64,000 nucleotides of DNA, taken from the NCBI RefSeq assembly GCF_009914755.1, contig NC_060926.1; one strand, 5' to 3'. This document shows, piece after piece, positions 55,421-64,000 of the stretch (the first letter of the stretch is position 1; every line of letters starts with the position of its first letter). Below the pieces are notes generated by a model. The model did not search any database, was not told the DNA's origin, and worked only from the letters and a program-made list of their open reading frames with translations. Source of the stretch: the human T2T-CHM13v2.0 reference genome, Homo sapiens. The position numbers and the translations under genes were made by a program.

Positions 55421-56691
55421 TGTGTTCAGAATTATAATCTCTGATGCACCCAAATACCCTAAATTTTGTAGAAATAATTTAATTTCTCAAAAAAGAGAAT
55501 TCTAAATGTGTAAAGAAACTTTTCCCAATAGAAAACACTAAAAAATTTTGGATAAAAAAGAATGTCTGAGATAGTGGGGAAAATAAGAGATTTCCTCAGA
55601 GGCAAGGAATCACAAGAAAGTCAATCTGCAGTAGCAAGGAAGCCTTGAGGCTTTTTGCCCTGAAGGCATTTGCTGACCTGTCCCGGTCAAAGGTGCCATT
55701 TGAGAAAACAGGGCAGGGCAAAGTTAGGACCAGAACTAGTTAGAGGTAAGATAATCTCTTCAAAAAGATGGGACCCCCAGAAGTATAAAGCCTTCTGTCA
55801 GTGATCTAAGAAACAACCTACCACTGTAAAGAACACTTGCCTTTTTAGCTTTGCTTCTGGGTTAATTTAGCAAAAAATGAGGAGAAAAGTTTCCAAAAAA
55901 ATTCCTAATTGTAACTCTATACTGATAGGGTTTGGGAACTGGAATTCAAATTCCTATTTGGCCCCTGAAAATCTCAAGGCAAATGTTTAGTTTAAAATAT
56001 ACCTCAGTTAATTATTTCTCCAGGTTCCTAGTATAGGCATATACAAATCTTCTATGGAAAATCTATCTTTAAATCCAGTTCTCAAAGAATTACTACGGAT
56101 AAGATTTCAAGACTTAAAAACACAGTTTCATAACTGAAACTGTTCCTAAAATATATGGTAAGAAGCCACCAAGAAAGAGTGAAAGCAGAACAAAAAAACT
56201 TCACAATCGTACTTACAAAGACTGAAGGTATGTGAACTAACAGATACAGGATATTAGATTAGAATATTTAACATATTTTTAAAAATAAAACATAGGGTCA
56301 TTCATGTGATGAAGAAATGGACATTGGGAAGATTTGGAAAGATATCAAATAGAATATCTGGAAAAATAAGATGTAATTATTGTATTAAGAAGATCATGAG
56401 ATAACTAAAAAGAACATTTAGACAAAGCTAAAGAGAAAATCATTAAATTGAAAGATTCTAAAAGTAGCCCAATATAAGACAGACTAGGTAAAAAGAAACA
56501 ATAATTACAGAGATAACTGGTTTTTCAACAAGAGCAACAAAGAGAAAGAAGCTTAAATATTGTCAATCAGCTAAATAACTGGAAATAATGAATTACATAT
56601 TTAGCAGAAAGAATATTCAAAGAAGAGAAAATAAAGATTTTTTTAATTAGGAAAATTGATCGTGCAAAGGTAAAAGACTCTCATGAAACAA

Positions 56692-57068
<377 letters not shown>

Positions 57069-57454
57069 CTAGATATATTTACTCTATAAAACTATAATGA
57101 AAATAACTACTTTGTGGTGTTGGTATAAAATCAAGAAATAATAAAAATCCCATACAACAATAGCATATTAAAAAGCAGGTGATCAGATTTAAAACATTTA
57201 AATTCTAGCATTATTTTAGAGAATGACGAAGATTTTATTAACTTTAGATTTTGTTACATTTAACACACATGATTAAATATCCTAAATTAGTAAAATTTTA
57301 ATGTATAACTTCCCAGTTGATCAAGAAAAGTGTAAGAGCAAATAACAACTATTAAACAATTCAAATGTTTTTGACGGAGAGAATCTTCTTTTCTTCATGT
57401 TTTCTATTTGTTTCCATTTTGTGGATGTTAATCTTAATCAACATTTTTACTCTT

Positions 57455-57763
<309 letters not shown>

Positions 57764-59267
57764 AAGTTGCTGTTATCTTGAGGTCATTACTTACTTCAGC
57801 ATAATCTAGTTTATCCTGAGTGATTCAACAAAGAAGGAACTAAACTGCTATAATTTCAACTGATACGACTTTCTACAAAGAACAGACATGACCTATTACA
57901 GACAAACTATTGGAATTTAAGAAAGAATTTTCTTAGGTGAAAAATATTAGAAAGTTCAATATACAAATGTATGAAAGTTCAAATTTATGTAACAGAATTA
58001 CTCAGAAAGTGTCATTTAATATGAAAGTAAATTACAAAAGCATTTAAAAAAATAAGGTACTATATGTAAATCTTGAAAAAGATATGTAAGAGCATTATGT
58101 AGAAAATTAGAAAATATTATTGAAAGACATTAAAGACTTAAGCAAATTCAGAAGTACAGCATGTACATAGATAGAATCAATTTTGTAAAAATAGGAATTT
58201 TTCCCAAATTGGTCTGTAGATTGAAGGCAATTTCAACCAAATAATAGACTTTTTTTTCTAATGGAGGTTAATTAACTATTTCTATTATATATATGGAAGA
58301 TTAAAGAGAAAGAGTATCCAATATACTACTAAGAAGTGCAAGATAGAGGACTTTGCTATTAAATATCAAGGTTAAGAATAAAGTTAACATGTTTAAATCA
58401 GTGTTATATTGATGCATGAATAGGGAGGTCAATGCAATACTGGAAGTAAGCACCAAAAGAGCCTCGTGAGTACATGGAGACTTAAGCAATGAGAGACCAG
58501 GATATTCAGATAGGTTGGAATAAATAGACCATCCCATGATTGGTATAGTTATAATTGGTATCTACACAGAAATAAATAAAAACAAAAAAATGCTACTTTA
58601 AACCTACACAAAAAATCAATTACAGAGGAATTAGGAACATACATTATCAAAACAAAATTTTTTGTATTTTAGAGAAAACTATTATCTGGTTAGAAAGTAT
58701 TTTTTAAATAAAACACTAAAGCTCAAAACATAAAGGAAATGTAAAATTAACCTTACTAAAACTTATATTTTATATTCATTAAATGACACCATAAGAAGAA
58801 AAATGCAAACTATAAGTAGTACTGGAAGAAAGTAATTGCAAAACAGTTAAGTGACACAGAATTAACATTTGTAATACATAAAGAATTCCTACAAGTCAAT
58901 AATAAACTCAGGAAAATTGAGCAAAAGTTGTAAACAAACATTTTCAGAAGATAAACAAATAGCATGCCAATGTATTAAAAAATTATTAAACCTCCTTAGT
59001 AATCAGAGAGAGGCAAATTAAACCCATAACGATGTGCTGTATATCATTCACTCACTCATTAGGTTGATAACAATTAAAACCTCAGTAAATATTAGTGTTG
59101 ACTTATTTAGAGTAGGGAATCTCTCACATAAGGCTGGAACTACTAAATAGCATAAAATGTAAAACAATTGGCATTAATTATCTAGTAAATTCAAATGTGC
59201 ACAAATCCTTTGACTCAGCAATTTTAATTCTAAATATATAGCTTAGAGCAACATATTTTATACATAA

Positions 59268-59293
59268 ACACACACACACACACACACACACAC
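59268..59293. repeat. (CA)n microsatellite
   Basis: About 13 units. Confidence 0.95.
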
Positions 59294-59512
59294 AAAGGGA
59301 GAGCGAAAGAGAGAGACAAACAAATGTAAGAATGTTCACAACAACATAGTCATACCAAAAACAAACACATTTTTAAACCTGGAAACAATCTAGATATTTA
59401 CCAGGAGTATAATGGATTAAAAATATGCGTTAAAAATTAGATTATTATTTGAAGTGAAAATGAATGACATGAGGATTTACAAATGGATAAATCTTTTTAA
59501 AAATAAAGTCAT

Positions 59513-61612
<2,100 letters not shown>

Positions 61613-62030
61613 TGAATCATAAATATTATTACCTAGAACAGTGAATACTTTAGAAGGTTTTTAACTTACTTTCCCCAGGTCCATCATAGGAATCACTATC
61701 CATGGCAGCTATAGCCTTGCAAAATGTATTTCTTAAATAATGAAACTTGGGAGTCAACATGACTCCTTGATCCATGGGATGCAGAATAGATGTTGTGTTG
61801 GCAGGCATGAAAACAAGATTAATCTTGTACATCACCATTAGAGCTCTTGGGTGACTAGGTGCATTGTCAATGAGCAGTAATATTTGAAAGGAATTTTTTT
61901 CTGAGTGATAGTCCTCAACAATGGGCTTAAAATATTCAATAAACCATGCTTACAACAGATATGCTGTCATCCAGGCTTTTTGTTTCACTTATGGAGCATA
62001 GGCAGAGTTGATTTAGCATACTTCCTAAGG

Positions 62031-62374
62031 TGTATTAGTCTGTTCTCATGCTGCTGATAAGGACATACTCAAGACTGGGCAATTTACAAAAGAAAGAGGT
62101 TTAATGGACTTACAGTTCCACATGGCTGAGGAGGCCTCACAATCATGGTGGAAGGTGAAAGGCATGCCTCACATGGTGGCAGACAAGAGAAGAGAGCTTG
62201 TGCAGGGAAATTCCTCTTTTTAAAACCATCACCTCTCATGAGACTTATTCACTATCACGAGAACATCATGGGAAAGACCTGCCCCCATGATTCAATTACC
62301 TCCCACTGGTTCCCTCCTACAACATGTGGGAATTCAAGATGAGATTTGGATGGGGACACAGCCAAACCATATCA
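62031..62374 (-). mobile_element. THE1B-like MaLR solo LTR inside Tigger1
   Basis: tgtattagtctgttctcatgctgctgataaggacatac...gccaaaccatatca. Perfect 5-bp TSD taagg. Confidence 0.96.
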
Positions 62375-62850
62375 TAAGGGCTCTAGGATTTTGGGGTAAT
62401 AAATGAGCATTCATTTCAGCTTAAAGTCATCAGTTGCATTAGCCCCTAAAAAGAGAATCAGCCTGTCTTTTGAAGATTTGAAGCTCAGACATTTACTTCT
62501 CCTCTCTAGCTATGAAAGTCCCAGATGGCATCTTCTTGCAATAGAAAGCTGTTTTGTCGACATTGAAAATCTGTTGTCTAGGATAGCCTGCTTCATCAAT
62601 AATCTTAGCTAGATCTTCTGGATAACTTGGTGCAGCTTCTACTTTGCATTTGCTGCTTCATCTTGCACTTTTATGTTATGGAGATGGCTTCTTTCCATAA
62701 ACCTCATGAACAAACCTCTGCTGGCTTCAAATTGTTCTTCTGCAGCTTCTTTACCTTTCTTAGCCATCGTAGAATTGTAGAGTTAGGGCCTTTCTCTGGA
62801 TTAGGCTTTGACTTAAGGGAATGTTATGGCTGGTTTAGTCTTCTACCTAG

Positions 62851-63351
<501 letters not shown>

Positions 63352-63859
63352 TAATCACTGTTAGCTTTTGAATTAAAGTGAAAAACATGAAACTCTTCCT
63401 TCACTTGAATACTTAGAGGCTTTTGTAGGGTTATTAATTGACCTGATTTCCATGTTGTCATGTCTCAGGGAATAGGGTGGCCTGAGAAGAGGGAAAGAGA
63501 CTGGAGAATGGCCAGCCAGTGGAGCAGTCAGAACACATACAGCATTTCTTAATTAAGTTTGTCAACTTATATGAGCACCATTTTTGGTGCCCCAACACAA
63601 TGACAATATTAACATCAAATATCACTGATCACGGATCACCATAATAGATACAATGATAATTAGAAATTTTGAAATATTGTGAGGATTACCGAAATGGGAC
63701 AGAGACATTAAGTGAACATATGATTTTGGGAAAATGGTGCCAATAGAATTTCTGAAGGCTTCCACAAACCTTCGATTTGTTAAGAACAACAACAAAAAAG
63801 CATTATCTGTGAAGCGCAATATAGCAAAGTGCAATAAAACAAGGTACACCTGTATAGGT

Positions 63860-63990
63860 TATGGCTACTGGCTTTAGAGCCACTACCACTGTCCAAACTA
63901 TAGCTTGTGCAGCCTTAATCAAGTTTTTTAACTTCTTTGTCCTACAATATCCTCATCTGTACATTTTGGATTAAAATAAATTAAAAAAAT
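63860..63990 (+). mobile_element. MIR fragment
   Basis: ggctttagagcc...tagcttgtgcagccttaatcaagttttttaacttctttgtcc...cctcatctgta. Confidence 0.65.
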
Positions 63991-64000
63991 TAATCTTAGC

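Overview
AT-rich, CpG-poor primate (human-like) non-coding DNA, either intergenic or deep intronic. I cannot identify the locus. No cellular protein-coding gene, intact RNA gene or prokaryote-type system is supported. Every ORF I can recognise comes from a transposon: L1 ORF1/ORF2, Tigger1 transposase, ERVL gag/protease, or Alu read-through. Roughly half the window is nested interspersed repeats: Alu, L1, MaLR/ERVL/ERVK LTRs, Tigger/MER DNA transposons, and MIR/L2/CR1/MamSINE1 relics. Many still have readable target-site duplications (TSDs). A repeat-poor block at about 22-31.7 kb is the best candidate for regulatory elements or non-coding exons. The most notable items are mechanistic scars: an L1PA with both a twin-priming inversion and a probable 3' transduction (14.1-15.0 kb), a TSD-less and tail-less L1 ORF2 piece bridging two truncated older elements (59.5-61.6 kb), a templated insertion at an L1 deletion (45.9-46.4 kb), a decayed ERVL provirus, and a minus-strand bias of LTRs and L1s. 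I found no evidence of a new biological system. Subfamily names come from recalled consensus sequences and are approximate, as are the boundaries of old elements.
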